The notes under the pieces were generated by a model. That model was not told the origin of the DNA, made no database searches, and saw only the letters and a program-made list of their open reading frames with translations. From Candidatus Thorarchaeota archaeon (GTDB taxonomy: Archaea; Asgardarchaeota; Thorarchaeia; Thorarchaeales; Thorarchaeaceae), in the NCBI GenBank assembly GCA_048882045.1, contig JBHLRZ010000004.1, positions 91,440-155,439 on the forward strand: 64,000 bases of DNA, given 5' to 3'. The first letter of the stretch is position 1. Each line of letters starts with the position of its first letter. A program made the position numbers and the translations under genes. This document shows positions 47,140 to 57,658 of this stretch, one piece after another.

Positions 47140-47919
47140 GTGCCAGGTATGAGTTGGGTTGCTAAGATAATCAATGGAACTCCCGATGAGTTTACTCATG
47201 CAAAGCTTGTAAAGTACGGAATCGGTCAACATCCAGGTCCTAGAATAAAACTGACCCTGAGCAAGACCAGTATCAGATTCAAGGCAGACCTTGATCAGGA
47301 AAAGGACCTTCTGAAAGGGTATCTATTAGGCGCTCCAGAGGGCTCTCATAAAGTGAAAGGTCAACTGATCACATATGTAGATCTGCAGGATGAGTATTCA
47401 CAGCTGGATATGCCTATCATCTGGAAGAAGTCTAAAGGGAAAGGCACCCCGGTATTCAAAGCAAAGGTGGATGAGGTCGCTCCACTTAAAGACATCAAGG
47501 CACTCTTCGAATTGGATGACCCAACATCATTCTATCTTCTTTCAATCAATCCACGGGATGGGACGAAACCTTGGAAGATTGCGACAAAGACCTCTTTCCC
47601 AAAGGGAGGTCCAAAAGAAGAAGATGAAGAAAGTGATGAGAAGGACCCTGTATTTTCAAAGGGGGCTCTCGGAAATACTCCAGAGGTCCTTGATTTCATC
47701 TTGACCACTTACATTCCTGACTTCAGAGATAAAATAGATCCGAAGACAAAGAACATCTGGATACGGAACAACTTAGAGATTCTGGACATCGAAATTCCAG
47801 ATGACCCGAGTCTAAATTTCGCGGAGAAACGTAGGCTCGCTAAGAAACGCGGTAAGTTGATACGTTCTATTACAATTGATGATGAGGATTTCGAGAAGGA
47901 ATATGAGTTCCTAGCATGA
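47140..47919 (+). CDS. Hypothetical soluble protein (259 aa)
   Basis: Long clean ORF with TTTAAA at about 47108. Confidence 0.75.
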   Translation: MPGMSWVAKIINGTPDEFTHAKLVKYGIGQHPGPRIKLTLSKTSIRFKADLDQEKDLLKGYLLGAPEGSHKVKGQLITYVDLQDEYSQLDMPIIWKKSKGKGTPVFKAKVDEVAPLKDIKALFELDDPTSFYLLSINPRDGTKPWKIATKTSFPKGGPKEEDEESDEKDPVFSKGALGNTPEVLDFILTTYIPDFRDKIDPKTKNIWIRNNLEILDIEIPDDPSLNFAEKRRLAKKRGKLIRSITIDDEDFEKEYEFLA

Positions 47920-47981
47920 GTTCAGGAACGTTTAAATTCCAAACCAATGCGGCCCCTATAAGAAAAGAAGAGGCGAAATAA

Positions 47982-48182
47982 ATGCTCCAAGGATTCGAAG
48001 GATTCTACTTTCCAATATCACTCATGTTTGTATTCTTCGGCATATTTGCACTAGGTTGGCTATTCGTACACATTGAGCATGGTCGCCACTTTTCAAAGTT
48101 CAAGGTTGGTGCCGCTCTATTAATCGGAGCGATTTTCCTTGGCTTTGGTCTTCATTTCCTCCTGCTTTCCATAGGTATGTAG
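47982..48182 (+). CDS. Ost5/TMEM258-like oligosaccharyltransferase subunit homolog
   Basis: Two TMs. GIFALGWLFV and FLGFGLHFLLLSIG match recalled TMEM258 segments GMFFTAWFFV and FMGFGVLFLLLWVG. Confidence 0.75.
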   Translation: MLQGFEGFYFPISLMFVFFGIFALGWLFVHIEHGRHFSKFKVGAALLIGAIFLGFGLHFLLLSIGM

Positions 48183-48296
48183 CGTTTCGTTTTTTCATCT
48201 CCATTATGAACGAACAACCATTATTTAGTAAGCAGACTAGCTAGATTCGCTTTCCTTCAGAGGATAGCATGTTTGCAAGACAAGAGGAAATAGCAC

Positions 48297-49484
48297 GTGT
48301 TACTTGAGCCCGACCTTCAGAAACTCGCTGTTGAAAGCCGTCAGAAGTTGATAGAGGAGTTTGCTGAAAAGTACGCCAATCTGAGAGAGCGAGTCAAGCG
48401 AGTTCCAGATGCAGACGCTCAAAAGATCTCAGAAACTCTATCTTGTCCTCTGGAAGTTGCGATGGTTGCATATCTTATCAATATGGATGGCATCATGACA
48501 GTGAAGAAGGCAGTCGGCCAACTGAGTGCTGAGCTTGAAAGGAGAGCCACGGTTGGCGAGGATATCCCCAATCTTCCTGGCAACATCATGGAGTTTGCTC
48601 TTGTGGAAGGAAAATGGATTTCTCACATATTTGGGAGTTTTGTGAGACAGATTGAACTCAAGGCAAGAGAGTTGGCAAACCTCGAGGAAGGAATTGATAC
48701 TTCCTCAATTGAAGTTGAGAAGGCTCTTTCGATAATCTCAACAAGAACAAAGATCTCGGAAACGATTATTGCTCCTGTTCTAGAAGAATGGATGAAAGAT
48801 CATCCAAAAGCTCACAGCATGGATGTGCTTACTGCATTTGGACAAGGCATCACCAAGTGGAACAGAAATACGCTAACAGGAAAGTTTCTTCAAGTTCAAC
48901 GAAGAAACCAAGCCTTATTCCGTGTGCTGAGAGAGTGTTTAAAGAAAGCTTCTGATTCATTCACAATAGATGCATCAATAAAACGTCTTGACACATTGAT
49001 TCAAGAACTAGAAAGTCCGTTCGAAGAGATGACTCTGAGAGCTATCTCCCATATGCTTCTTCATATTGTTCCTCGTCAGTCAACAGGACGAGGAGACCGC
49101 TCTGCATATGTTGCTATTGGTGCTGGTTCTACCAGGGGTTACAAAGCTGAACCTGACCTGACCTCTCCGTTTGATTTCCTTGAACGTGATGTCAAGCTAG
49201 CCAAGAGAAGAAGGGGTATTGAGCGAGAAGAGTACCTCAAAGAAAAGATTGCTCGTGTTCTACGTGTATTGAAATATCAGGAGAACACACCCGCAGAATC
49301 TCTAGAGAAGTGTTTCTATGAACTAGCTGATCGACTTCACCTAGAGAATGTCTTACTCGAAGACGAAATTATTTCGTCGACAGAACAGATTGCCAATGCA
49401 ATTGAATCAGAGAAAATTAATCTCACAATGAAGCTAATCTACGATTTTGTCGCAAGCTTCGTATATGGGGAGGAAACTGCTTGA
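48297..49484 (+). CDS. Hypothetical alpha-helical protein (395 aa)
   Basis: Long ORF that overlaps the next gene by 4 nt. Confidence 0.75.
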   Translation: MLLEPDLQKLAVESRQKLIEEFAEKYANLRERVKRVPDADAQKISETLSCPLEVAMVAYLINMDGIMTVKKAVGQLSAELERRATVGEDIPNLPGNIMEFALVEGKWISHIFGSFVRQIELKARELANLEEGIDTSSIEVEKALSIISTRTKISETIIAPVLEEWMKDHPKAHSMDVLTAFGQGITKWNRNTLTGKFLQVQRRNQALFRVLRECLKKASDSFTIDASIKRLDTLIQELESPFEEMTLRAISHMLLHIVPRQSTGRGDRSAYVAIGAGSTRGYKAEPDLTSPFDFLERDVKLAKRRRGIEREEYLKEKIARVLRVLKYQENTPAESLEKCFYELADRLHLENVLLEDEIISSTEQIANAIESEKINLTMKLIYDFVASFVYGEETA

Positions 49485-50257
49485 ATATGTCTCAGAACCC
49501 TCTCTACTGGTTGATTGAGATTGAATCCTATGACTATAATGTTGGTGTGCTCAAGGGTGTCGACCTGCATGGAAAGGTGCTGATTCTCTCAAGCCAATTA
49601 TGGTCAATCATCAGAGGTACAAGAGTCTACTCGATATTGATAGGACCTGGTATCTTCAAGGGTACTGGAATTAAGGGCAACATCCGAGTGGATGTTCTCG
49701 AACCTCTTTCTGCCTTGATGTTCGACCCTACCATGATCAGATACGATGAACCGCTTCCTCAAGTCGATATCGTTACTCCTGAAGTGATTGATCCAATTGG
49801 TGAGAGAGAGATTGAGGAGATTATAACAGTCATTCGAAATCTTATTGTTGAGAAAGGCAACGTTCTGACTGCAGATCCCTTAGCAACGGTGCAGACAGAT
49901 GCAAATGTGCCTCGGACAGCTCACTATGAAGAGGTTTACGAACGAATCAATGTTTCACATGTTTCTGGATTGCAACGTGCCAAATTCATTCTCGCTGGAA
50001 CAAACGGGCCAATGTATAAACCCTTCGTGGAGTTTTATGAGAGCAAGAAGTTCTGGCATCGTCAGAGGACAAAGATCATGGCTACTCCATTCTTCAAATT
50101 TAGTAGCTTTGCTGACATCGATGTCATGTCGGATTGGATGATAGTTGAAAAGGCTGGACTGGACACCAAAACAGGAATCGAAGCCATTGGGGATGAGTAT
50201 GAACACACCCTTGAGATGGTAGACAAGGAGAAGGACAAGTACATCTTCGAGCTGTGA
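49481..50257 (+). CDS. Hypothetical protein (258 aa)
   Basis: Long ORF coupled to the upstream gene. Confidence 0.75.
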   Translation: MNMSQNPLYWLIEIESYDYNVGVLKGVDLHGKVLILSSQLWSIIRGTRVYSILIGPGIFKGTGIKGNIRVDVLEPLSALMFDPTMIRYDEPLPQVDIVTPEVIDPIGEREIEEIITVIRNLIVEKGNVLTADPLATVQTDANVPRTAHYEEVYERINVSHVSGLQRAKFILAGTNGPMYKPFVEFYESKKFWHRQRTKIMATPFFKFSSFADIDVMSDWMIVEKAGLDTKTGIEAIGDEYEHTLEMVDKEKDKYIFEL

Positions 50258-50313
50258 TTCAACCGCAAGAGTCTTTTCCATCGTTTTTCGCTCAACGACA
50301 GAGGTCATTCTAG

Positions 50314-52932
50314 TTGGAAATAGCTGATGCTGACATTCAGAAGAGACTCGCTAAGCCCTATACAGTGGTAATTAGGGTGGGAAAGCAGGATTTCACTGCT
50401 AGAGTCGACATATTCTCTGATGTCCTCAGAGATCGGCAGCGTTCAATGTTGGGTGGATTGATTGAGTTTGGACGCCGTCAATCAGGTCTCCTTGAGATTA
50501 CTCGATTCTGGTTCGTTAAGTACAACAAACCAGTCTATTATCAACAGAAGGAGGCTCATGAGATTCTCAGGAAGGCAGTTCATATCATCATTCCCAAAGA
50601 ACAGAAGCCAGAATTCTTTAGAGACCTCAAGGATTTGCTAAAGCGACTCAATACAAAAGAACCTCGCATCGTTCCTACATGTCAACACTGTCTTCGTGAG
50701 GATAGGCTATCAGTTCTGACGAAAAGAAATGCAGTCAAGATTACAGAGAATCAGGTTACCTGCACGACCTGTGCTCAGAGCGACTTGAAGACTGAATTGA
50801 AAACGCTAGGCATCCATCTCTCTCGAGCCATGATCAGTCAGCTTGAGAAACAGGTTTCTCGAGTGAAGTCAGTTCCCCGTCTTATTGATATGATGACTCC
50901 AGGCTTCGATCCGACTCGTGAACCAGACCTCACACTTGTTGACACAATTGTTGCAGAAGATTCTGGAAAATCAAATAGGGTTGCGGATCTCCCCATCCCT
51001 GACGATTTCAAGGAGGTTCTTAAAAGCACTGGTCTTGAGTATCTCCTACCAATTCAGAGCAAGGTCGTGGAGGCTGGTCTCTTCAATAATACGAATATGC
51101 TGATCGTTTCATCGACATCTTCAGGAAAGACACTCTTGGGAGAACTTGCTGGTATCCCGAAAGCGATGCAGGGCAAGAAGATGATCTATATGTCTCCCCT
51201 GGTAGCTCTTACAAATGAAAAGTACGAACAGTTCAGGAAGAACTACAAACCACTTGGAGTACGTGTCGGAATCAAAGTTGGAATGTCCCGTTTGGATGTA
51301 GGTGATGAGGGGAAGCCTATCGTTGACACTGACATCAAGAAGGCAGATGTCATTTGTGCAACATACGAGGCTCTCGATCTATTATTCCGATCTGGAGCAA
51401 CAGAGGACCTCGGAGCAGTTGGAACAGTTATTATCGATGAAATCCAGAATCTTGCGGATCCAGAGAGAGGTCCTGAGCTGGACGGACTACTCGCTCGAAT
51501 GAGGTTTCATTTTCCAAAAGCTCAGTACCTCGCTCTCTCAGCAACAGTTGGTTCTCCTGATATCCTAGCGAAAGAGTTGAACTTCAAACTAATCAATTAT
51601 GAGGGCAGACCAGTTCTTCTTGAGCGACATCTCGTCTTTGCTAGATCTGACGAGGAGAAACGCTCAATCATTCGTAGACTGGTGAACGAGGAATTTCGTC
51701 ATGTCAGCAGTACGGGAAACAAGGGACAGTCAATAGTCTTCACCTATTCAAGAAGAAGAGCCCACACACTGAGCGACTGGCTCCGAGAACACCGAGTGTC
51801 TGCAGCTGTCTATCATGGAGGTCTCTCCTATTCAAAGAGGCGGCAGGTCGAACGCTCATTCTCAAGGCAACGACAATCGAGTGTTGTCACAACTGCTGCA
51901 TTGGGTGCAGGAGTTGATCTAGCTGCTTCTCAAGTGATCTTCGAATCGTTGGCAATGGGAGCTGAGTGGTTGTCCACCGCAGAGTTCGAACAGATGCTTG
52001 GCCGGGCAGGGAGACTGGGGAAACATGACCGCGGCAAAATCTACATCATTGTTCAACCTGAGAGAAAATATCACAGTGGACAGGATAAGACCGAAGACGA
52101 GATTGCGGTTGAACTCCTGAACGGGATTATTGAGGATGTTGAACCCTTCGCTGACAAAGAAACGAGTTCTGAACAGCTTCTAGCGACAATATGTTCAACT
52201 GGCTTAGTAGACCTGAAACCAGTAGCACTGGCATACAAGCGAATGCTCTCCATGTCGGTTCCTCCATCGGAAGCTCTGAAGCATCTTGTGAGGAAACATA
52301 TGATTCGTGTAAAGGAAGGTGGAGTCCATCCGACAGACCTGGGAAAAGCAACATCACTCTCATTCCTTCCTCCAAGCTTGGGACTTGAGGTCTTGCAACT
52401 TACCAAGTCTTATGATGTCATTGATATTGCTATCATGTTGGAACCGTTTGAAAATGTCTACCTGAGTAACAAGCTCCAAGAAGAGGTCAACTCAGCATTT
52501 AGAACCCACATGCCTACTCGATTTTTCTCCGGAGTCTTCAATGAGATCAGTGATGCGAGCAAGCCACAAGGAGGAGCAGGAAGGCTCCCACAATGGGTCT
52601 TTGAGGTTTTTGGGAAATGGACTACGACATTCTTCACTTGCGGGTGTCACGACTATCCAGAGTGTGATCATGGAAAGGTCACTTTTGGACGATGGCTCGT
52701 TGAGAAGAGGAAAGAGGGTCTCAATCCATCAGGTCTGGCTAAGAAGATTCATGATGACTTCGAGCTCTGGGCATATCCGGGAGACATATTCTCATGGCTT
52801 GATTCCTTGATTCATAATCTGAAGGCTGTTCAACGGATAGCCAACGTAGCTGGCAAGACGGACCTGAGTGTTGAGATTGATGGACAAATCGCCAGAATTG
52901 AGCGTCCTTTAGAACAGGAATCTCAGAAGTGA
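50314..52932 (+). CDS. Archaea-specific Ski2-like SF2 helicase (ASH-Ski2 / DUF5814 type)
   Basis: LLPIQ, STSSGKT, DEIQ, SAT and QMLGRAGR, with N-terminal CxxC/CxxC and C-terminal CGCHDYPECDH. Confidence 0.9.
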   Translation: MEIADADIQKRLAKPYTVVIRVGKQDFTARVDIFSDVLRDRQRSMLGGLIEFGRRQSGLLEITRFWFVKYNKPVYYQQKEAHEILRKAVHIIIPKEQKPEFFRDLKDLLKRLNTKEPRIVPTCQHCLREDRLSVLTKRNAVKITENQVTCTTCAQSDLKTELKTLGIHLSRAMISQLEKQVSRVKSVPRLIDMMTPGFDPTREPDLTLVDTIVAEDSGKSNRVADLPIPDDFKEVLKSTGLEYLLPIQSKVVEAGLFNNTNMLIVSSTSSGKTLLGELAGIPKAMQGKKMIYMSPLVALTNEKYEQFRKNYKPLGVRVGIKVGMSRLDVGDEGKPIVDTDIKKADVICATYEALDLLFRSGATEDLGAVGTVIIDEIQNLADPERGPELDGLLARMRFHFPKAQYLALSATVGSPDILAKELNFKLINYEGRPVLLERHLVFARSDEEKRSIIRRLVNEEFRHVSSTGNKGQSIVFTYSRRRAHTLSDWLREHRVSAAVYHGGLSYSKRRQVERSFSRQRQSSVVTTAALGAGVDLAASQVIFESLAMGAEWLSTAEFEQMLGRAGRLGKHDRGKIYIIVQPERKYHSGQDKTEDEIAVELLNGIIEDVEPFADKETSSEQLLATICSTGLVDLKPVALAYKRMLSMSVPPSEALKHLVRKHMIRVKEGGVHPTDLGKATSLSFLPPSLGLEVLQLTKSYDVIDIAIMLEPFENVYLSNKLQEEVNSAFRTHMPTRFFSGVFNEISDASKPQGGAGRLPQWVFEVFGKWTTTFFTCGCHDYPECDHGKVTFGRWLVEKRKEGLNPSGLAKKIHDDFELWAYPGDIFSWLDSLIHNLKAVQRIANVAGKTDLSVEIDGQIARIERPLEQESQK

Positions 52933-52973
52933 GTCAGAGAATTTAATACATAGCTCACAAATGATAGTTTGGC

Positions 52974-55900
52974 GTGGTGTTTTTGAAGAATAGGTCTATT
53001 CTCTCAGTATCAATCTCTGTCCTTCTCTTGATACTCCCATTCATGATTGCGTCAATGTCACTACCATCATCGAGTACAATTGTAACTCAAGATACCCTAT
53101 CGCCTTGGGTTCGTACAAATGGACCTTATGGTGGACTCATGAACTGCGTCGAGATAGATCCGACCAATTCAGATATTCTTTATGCAGTTGGAGCAGGGAG
53201 TGACATATTCAAGTCGACAAATGGTGGGTCTAATTGGTCAGTGGTGGGAACTTTACCGACACCAACCCCCCAGATTACTGATTTAATCATTTCAAAAACG
53301 AACCCACAGACATTGTATCTACAAACGGTAAATAGTGTTGAGATCACAGGTCAACTTTATAGAAGCACTAATGGTGGCGTCGATTGGTCAAGAATAAACT
53401 ATGATCCAATCCACCAGGATATGTCTGTGATGCATTTCGCTCTTCATCCAACAAATGACTCGATATTAGTTGCTGTCATGTGGAATGCTTTTGTATTCAT
53501 GACAAAGGATGCTGGTTCTACCTGGGTAAATGTCTCTGGATCTCTACCACGACACGAGTACACCGACATAGCAATCAGTGGTGATAACGAAATTTGGGTG
53601 GGAGTTGGTGATCCAAGAATGAATGACAATGGTAGCCTCTATCACACGGTAGATGGTGGTGTGGGTTGGGAAAAGGAGAACCTCACTCAAGCTCCTGAAA
53701 CTTTCATTAACACTATTATGGTCCATCCTGATGATCCAAGCACTGTCTATGTTAGCCTGAGAAATAAGCCCGATGAGCCCATTGATCCACATACGAGCTA
53801 CCTATCCATGACCGATGATGGAGGGACCACCTGGCAACAGTTGAATACAACTAGTACACTACGCTTGTTAGCTATTGTTCCTTCTCTTGACAATGATACA
53901 ATATACGCTTCTTATGGACCCATAGTGTATACAACGCACAACTATGGTCTTCATTGGGATGACATCACTATCTATACTAATACTTCCACAACTATGACAA
54001 ATGACATCAATGATCTAGAGGTAGATCCCACAAACAACAACACCCTCTATATTCCGAGACGAACTTATGGAATATACAAGAGTATAGATGGTGGAGAAAA
54101 CTGGACCACTCTCACTGATGGTCTTAACAATACAAATGCTTGTCTTGTCATTGCATCATTGGTTGAGGGTAGTGATACAGTCTATGTATCAGCAGTTGAA
54201 GGGACTGGTACTTTTCGAACCGATGACACGGGAGAGAGTTGGCACTATTTAGATGAAGGAGGAATCTGGCATCCATTTACAGATGAGATACAAATCAGTC
54301 CCCATGATCCGAACACAGTCTGGCAAATAGCAGATATTGGTACGATATTTATTACCAATGATAGGGGAGAGACATGGGAGTCTAAATACCATCCACAGCA
54401 TGGATATGGTTTCCGTTTTTCGTCTGTGACAACTATCGAATCAGCTCCATCTGATAATGATATTCTTTATGCTGTCAAAGCGGGATGGGGGCTATTCGGA
54501 AGTGAGGATGGTGGATATACTTGGGATTTCCTAGCTCCCTCTGAAGTTGACTACTCATACACCCTCGCAGTTGACCCCACAAATGCAAGTATTGTTTACA
54601 GTGGCCATAACCCGAAACCTTTCCAAGATTGGGCTATGGTAAGAAAATCAGAGAACGGTGGAATATCCTGGGAAACTGTACTCAATGTAACAGGATCTGA
54701 GGGAATTACCTCATTGGCAATTGATCCTAATAATCCAGATACGTTGTATGCAGGAAGCATTAGTGAAACTGGCGGTGAAGTATACAAGACTATGGACGCT
54801 GGTCTAAATTGGGAGAGGCTGAATGATAATTTCACAATGTGTACAGTTATGGCACAGCCACAACTCATCGTCGACCCAACAAATCCTGGTATTGCTTATA
54901 TCGGGACTTGGTTGGGTGGAACATGGAAGACAGTAGATGCAGGAGCTACTTGGACACTGCTAGAGAATGCACCCATTTCTGCAACTGCTATTCAATTCGA
55001 TAAACAAGATAGCAACATCCTATACCTGGCTGATAGGTCAACTCCTTCATTGTGGAAATCATTAGATGCAGGTGCAACTTGGTTTGATATAGCCAATTTC
55101 CAAGCTAATGGATCTTTCCTAGTCAATAATGTCTATGCTAATGGAGATGTGATTTATTGCGCTACATTTGGTCCGCCTACAATTGGTGGCGATTTGTATC
55201 GGTCCATTGACGGAGGTGCGACCTGGAGTAAAATAACTGGCATACTGCCAAGGAGTGTTCTTGACATTGCTGTGGATCCTGTAAGTCCTGAGATTGTCTA
55301 TGTCACAACTCATGTGAAACAGGCATACAAATCTATCAATAGTGGTGATACATGGACAGAACTTGTGAACTATCCTGATGTTGGTGGCTTTGATATTGAA
55401 ATTGACCCTTCAAACACGTCAATTCTCTACTCATGCGGCTTTGGAAATACTTCGATACCAGATTGGGTAGATCCACAGTCCTTTTCTTTCACTGATAATC
55501 CAGGAGTCTACAAATCTGATGATTCTGGACAGACCTGGTATAGCATTTTAAATACAACAGATAAAGCACGCGCAATGCGAATATATCCAGGAAATAGTTC
55601 GATTCTCTTCGCAGTTGCTCATGGAGATGGGATATACCTCAGCGTTGATGCAGGCGAAACGTGGGTTACATACAATTCAGGACTTGATACACTTGGATTG
55701 ACCTCTATCGATATACAAGGAGATACAATCTATGTTGGAACTCAGGGATATGGGGTCTATTCAGGAGATTTCAATCCCACGAGTAATTCAATCACTTGGA
55801 ATAAACTCCGTAGTAACAAACCAATACCCCAAGTATATAGTATGCAGATAGTTGTAGATCCACAAGATTCTGATAGAATCTATGTCAGCTCATTTCCTGG

Positions 55901-57272
55901 AGGTCTCTATCGGTCAGATGATGCAGGTACAACATTCTATGATAAGAACTTCCAGACACCAAGTATTATTCCGTATGATCCGTTCCGGCAAGGATACTAT
56001 ACATTCGCCTTGAATCCTGATAACACAAGTGAGATTTGGCTAGGAACATGGGGTGGTGGTATGTTCAAGTCCTACGACCTGATGGATCACAATGTCCGGG
56101 CTGATGGGTCTGGAATGACCATGCTCGGGAAGCATATCTATCAACTTGAGGTGAGTCCATTGCCCCCCTACACAGTATACGCTGCTACTGAGGAGGGAGT
56201 TTACATCTCAGAAGACTATGGGGTTACCTGGTTGAACTTCAGTACAGGTTTGCATTCACTACAAGTACGTTCTATAGAACTCACATCAAATGGTCTTCTT
56301 TATTGTGGTACTCTTGGTTATGGGATGTACATTTACAACACTACTGAAAGCAAGTGGATACAATTACCTCCCTTTGGAGGTCTAGGCAATATATGGCCCA
56401 TATGGAATGACAGACCCACATACCAGTACTCGTCACTCCTGTTCCATCCAACCAATCCAAATATCGTCTATATCGGTTGTTTCCCTGCAGGAATTTTCAT
56501 GAGTACTGATGGAGGTACTACCTGGTTTGAAAGCAATGCAGGTTGGTTGAATGATGGAGTTTTCACCTTGGTCAATCATCCATTTGATTCAGAAGTGATT
56601 TACGCAGGAACATACAACGGAGTATCTCGATCCTTCGATGGAGGTTTAACATGGCACAGACTTGATACAGGTTGGCCAGCAGAACAGTGGGCATTTTCGA
56701 TAAGCTTCAATTGGCAAGACCCAGAGATAGTGTATGCAAGTTCGAAGAATGGCGAGAATGAAGGAGTAGGAAGACCAGACTTTCATGGTACAGTTATGAA
56801 GAGCGTTGATGGCGGAGAGAACTGGTTTGAAATTACAAACGGTTTGAATGTTACTCAGGAGTTCTATAAGATAATTGTAGACAAGCACAATCCAGACATT
56901 CTCTACCTTGCTTGTGAGAAAGAGGGGGTGTTCATTAGCTACAATGCAGGAGATTCTTGGGAGGCTTGGAATGAAGGTCTCACGAATAAACGTGCAGGTT
57001 CAAGCGGCAATAACATAGCTAATCCAATGGCAATATCAGCTGACGGACGCTACCTATACTTTGGTACATTCGGGTCCGGTGTGTTCCGAAGAACAATCTA
57101 TACTCCTCCGACAACCCCTACAACAACTCCACCATTGACAACTACGACAACTACTCCATTTACTCCTCCACCGATAGACGATGGAATATTCTTTGTTCCG
57201 ATAGTCATTACTCTTGGTGCAGCTACAGTTCTCATACTAATAGTTGCATCAAGAAAGATGAGAAAGTCCTGA
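52974..57272 (+). CDS. Large BNR/Asp-box (Vps10/sortilin-like) beta-propeller surface protein
   Basis: Many S.DGG..W repeats, signal peptide, Thr/Pro linker, TM and RKMRKS tail. Confidence 0.88.
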   Translation: MVFLKNRSILSVSISVLLLILPFMIASMSLPSSSTIVTQDTLSPWVRTNGPYGGLMNCVEIDPTNSDILYAVGAGSDIFKSTNGGSNWSVVGTLPTPTPQITDLIISKTNPQTLYLQTVNSVEITGQLYRSTNGGVDWSRINYDPIHQDMSVMHFALHPTNDSILVAVMWNAFVFMTKDAGSTWVNVSGSLPRHEYTDIAISGDNEIWVGVGDPRMNDNGSLYHTVDGGVGWEKENLTQAPETFINTIMVHPDDPSTVYVSLRNKPDEPIDPHTSYLSMTDDGGTTWQQLNTTSTLRLLAIVPSLDNDTIYASYGPIVYTTHNYGLHWDDITIYTNTSTTMTNDINDLEVDPTNNNTLYIPRRTYGIYKSIDGGENWTTLTDGLNNTNACLVIASLVEGSDTVYVSAVEGTGTFRTDDTGESWHYLDEGGIWHPFTDEIQISPHDPNTVWQIADIGTIFITNDRGETWESKYHPQHGYGFRFSSVTTIESAPSDNDILYAVKAGWGLFGSEDGGYTWDFLAPSEVDYSYTLAVDPTNASIVYSGHNPKPFQDWAMVRKSENGGISWETVLNVTGSEGITSLAIDPNNPDTLYAGSISETGGEVYKTMDAGLNWERLNDNFTMCTVMAQPQLIVDPTNPGIAYIGTWLGGTWKTVDAGATWTLLENAPISATAIQFDKQDSNILYLADRSTPSLWKSLDAGATWFDIANFQANGSFLVNNVYANGDVIYCATFGPPTIGGDLYRSIDGGATWSKITGILPRSVLDIAVDPVSPEIVYVTTHVKQAYKSINSGDTWTELVNYPDVGGFDIEIDPSNTSILYSCGFGNTSIPDWVDPQSFSFTDNPGVYKSDDSGQTWYSILNTTDKARAMRIYPGNSSILFAVAHGDGIYLSVDAGETWVTYNSGLDTLGLTSIDIQGDTIYVGTQGYGVYSGDFNPTSNSITWNKLRSNKPIPQVYSMQIVVDPQDSDRIYVSSFPGGLYRSDDAGTTFYDKNFQTPSIIPYDPFRQGYYTFALNPDNTSEIWLGTWGGGMFKSYDLMDHNVRADGSGMTMLGKHIYQLEVSPLPPYTVYAATEEGVYISEDYGVTWLNFSTGLHSLQVRSIELTSNGLLYCGTLGYGMYIYNTTESKWIQLPPFGGLGNIWPIWNDRPTYQYSSLLFHPTNPNIVYIGCFPAGIFMSTDGGTTWFESNAGWLNDGVFTLVNHPFDSEVIYAGTYNGVSRSFDGGLTWHRLDTGWPAEQWAFSISFNWQDPEIVYASSKNGENEGVGRPDFHGTVMKSVDGGENWFEITNGLNVTQEFYKIIVDKHNPDILYLACEKEGVFISYNAGDSWEAWNEGLTNKRAGSSGNNIANPMAISADGRYLYFGTFGSGVFRRTIYTPPTTPTTTPPLTTTTTTPFTPPPIDDGIFFVPIVITLGAATVLILIVASRKMRKS

Positions 57273-57533
57273 TCATGAAGTGAGGTTGTCCTTCTCCACC
57301 TCGAACTTTACACTGATGTTCCCAATCAATTCTGGGGGCATTGAGTCGAGATTGAGGTCAAGCCAACTATGCAAGTCTCTTCTTATGGTCTCTTTCTCAT
57401 CCAAGGGTTTTGGTAGTTCAGAACGATCTTCTGAAACCAAGTGGAAATGTTGGCATCCACAACTACATGCACCTTCAAGAACCATATCAATGTCAACTGA
57501 TGTCTTTCCACAAGACCTGCAAACAAAGATCAT
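57273..57533 (-). CDS. Zinc-ribbon protein, OapC/DUF2072-like N-terminus
   Basis: CRSCG......VLEGACSCGCQHFHLV. Confidence 0.55.
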   Translation of the reverse strand: MIFVCRSCGKTSVDIDMVLEGACSCGCQHFHLVSEDRSELPKPLDEKETIRRDLHSWLDLNLDSMPPELIGNISVKFEVEKDNLTS

Positions 57534-57658
57534 CTTTTTTTACACCCGGAAAAAGGGGGTCTCATCAGACTATGAGGATTGGTATCGCTTAGGTAATACA
57601 CTGTTTATGTGAGTAGACTTATGTACCGGGTGTCTACGCATCTTCTGGGGCAACAACG

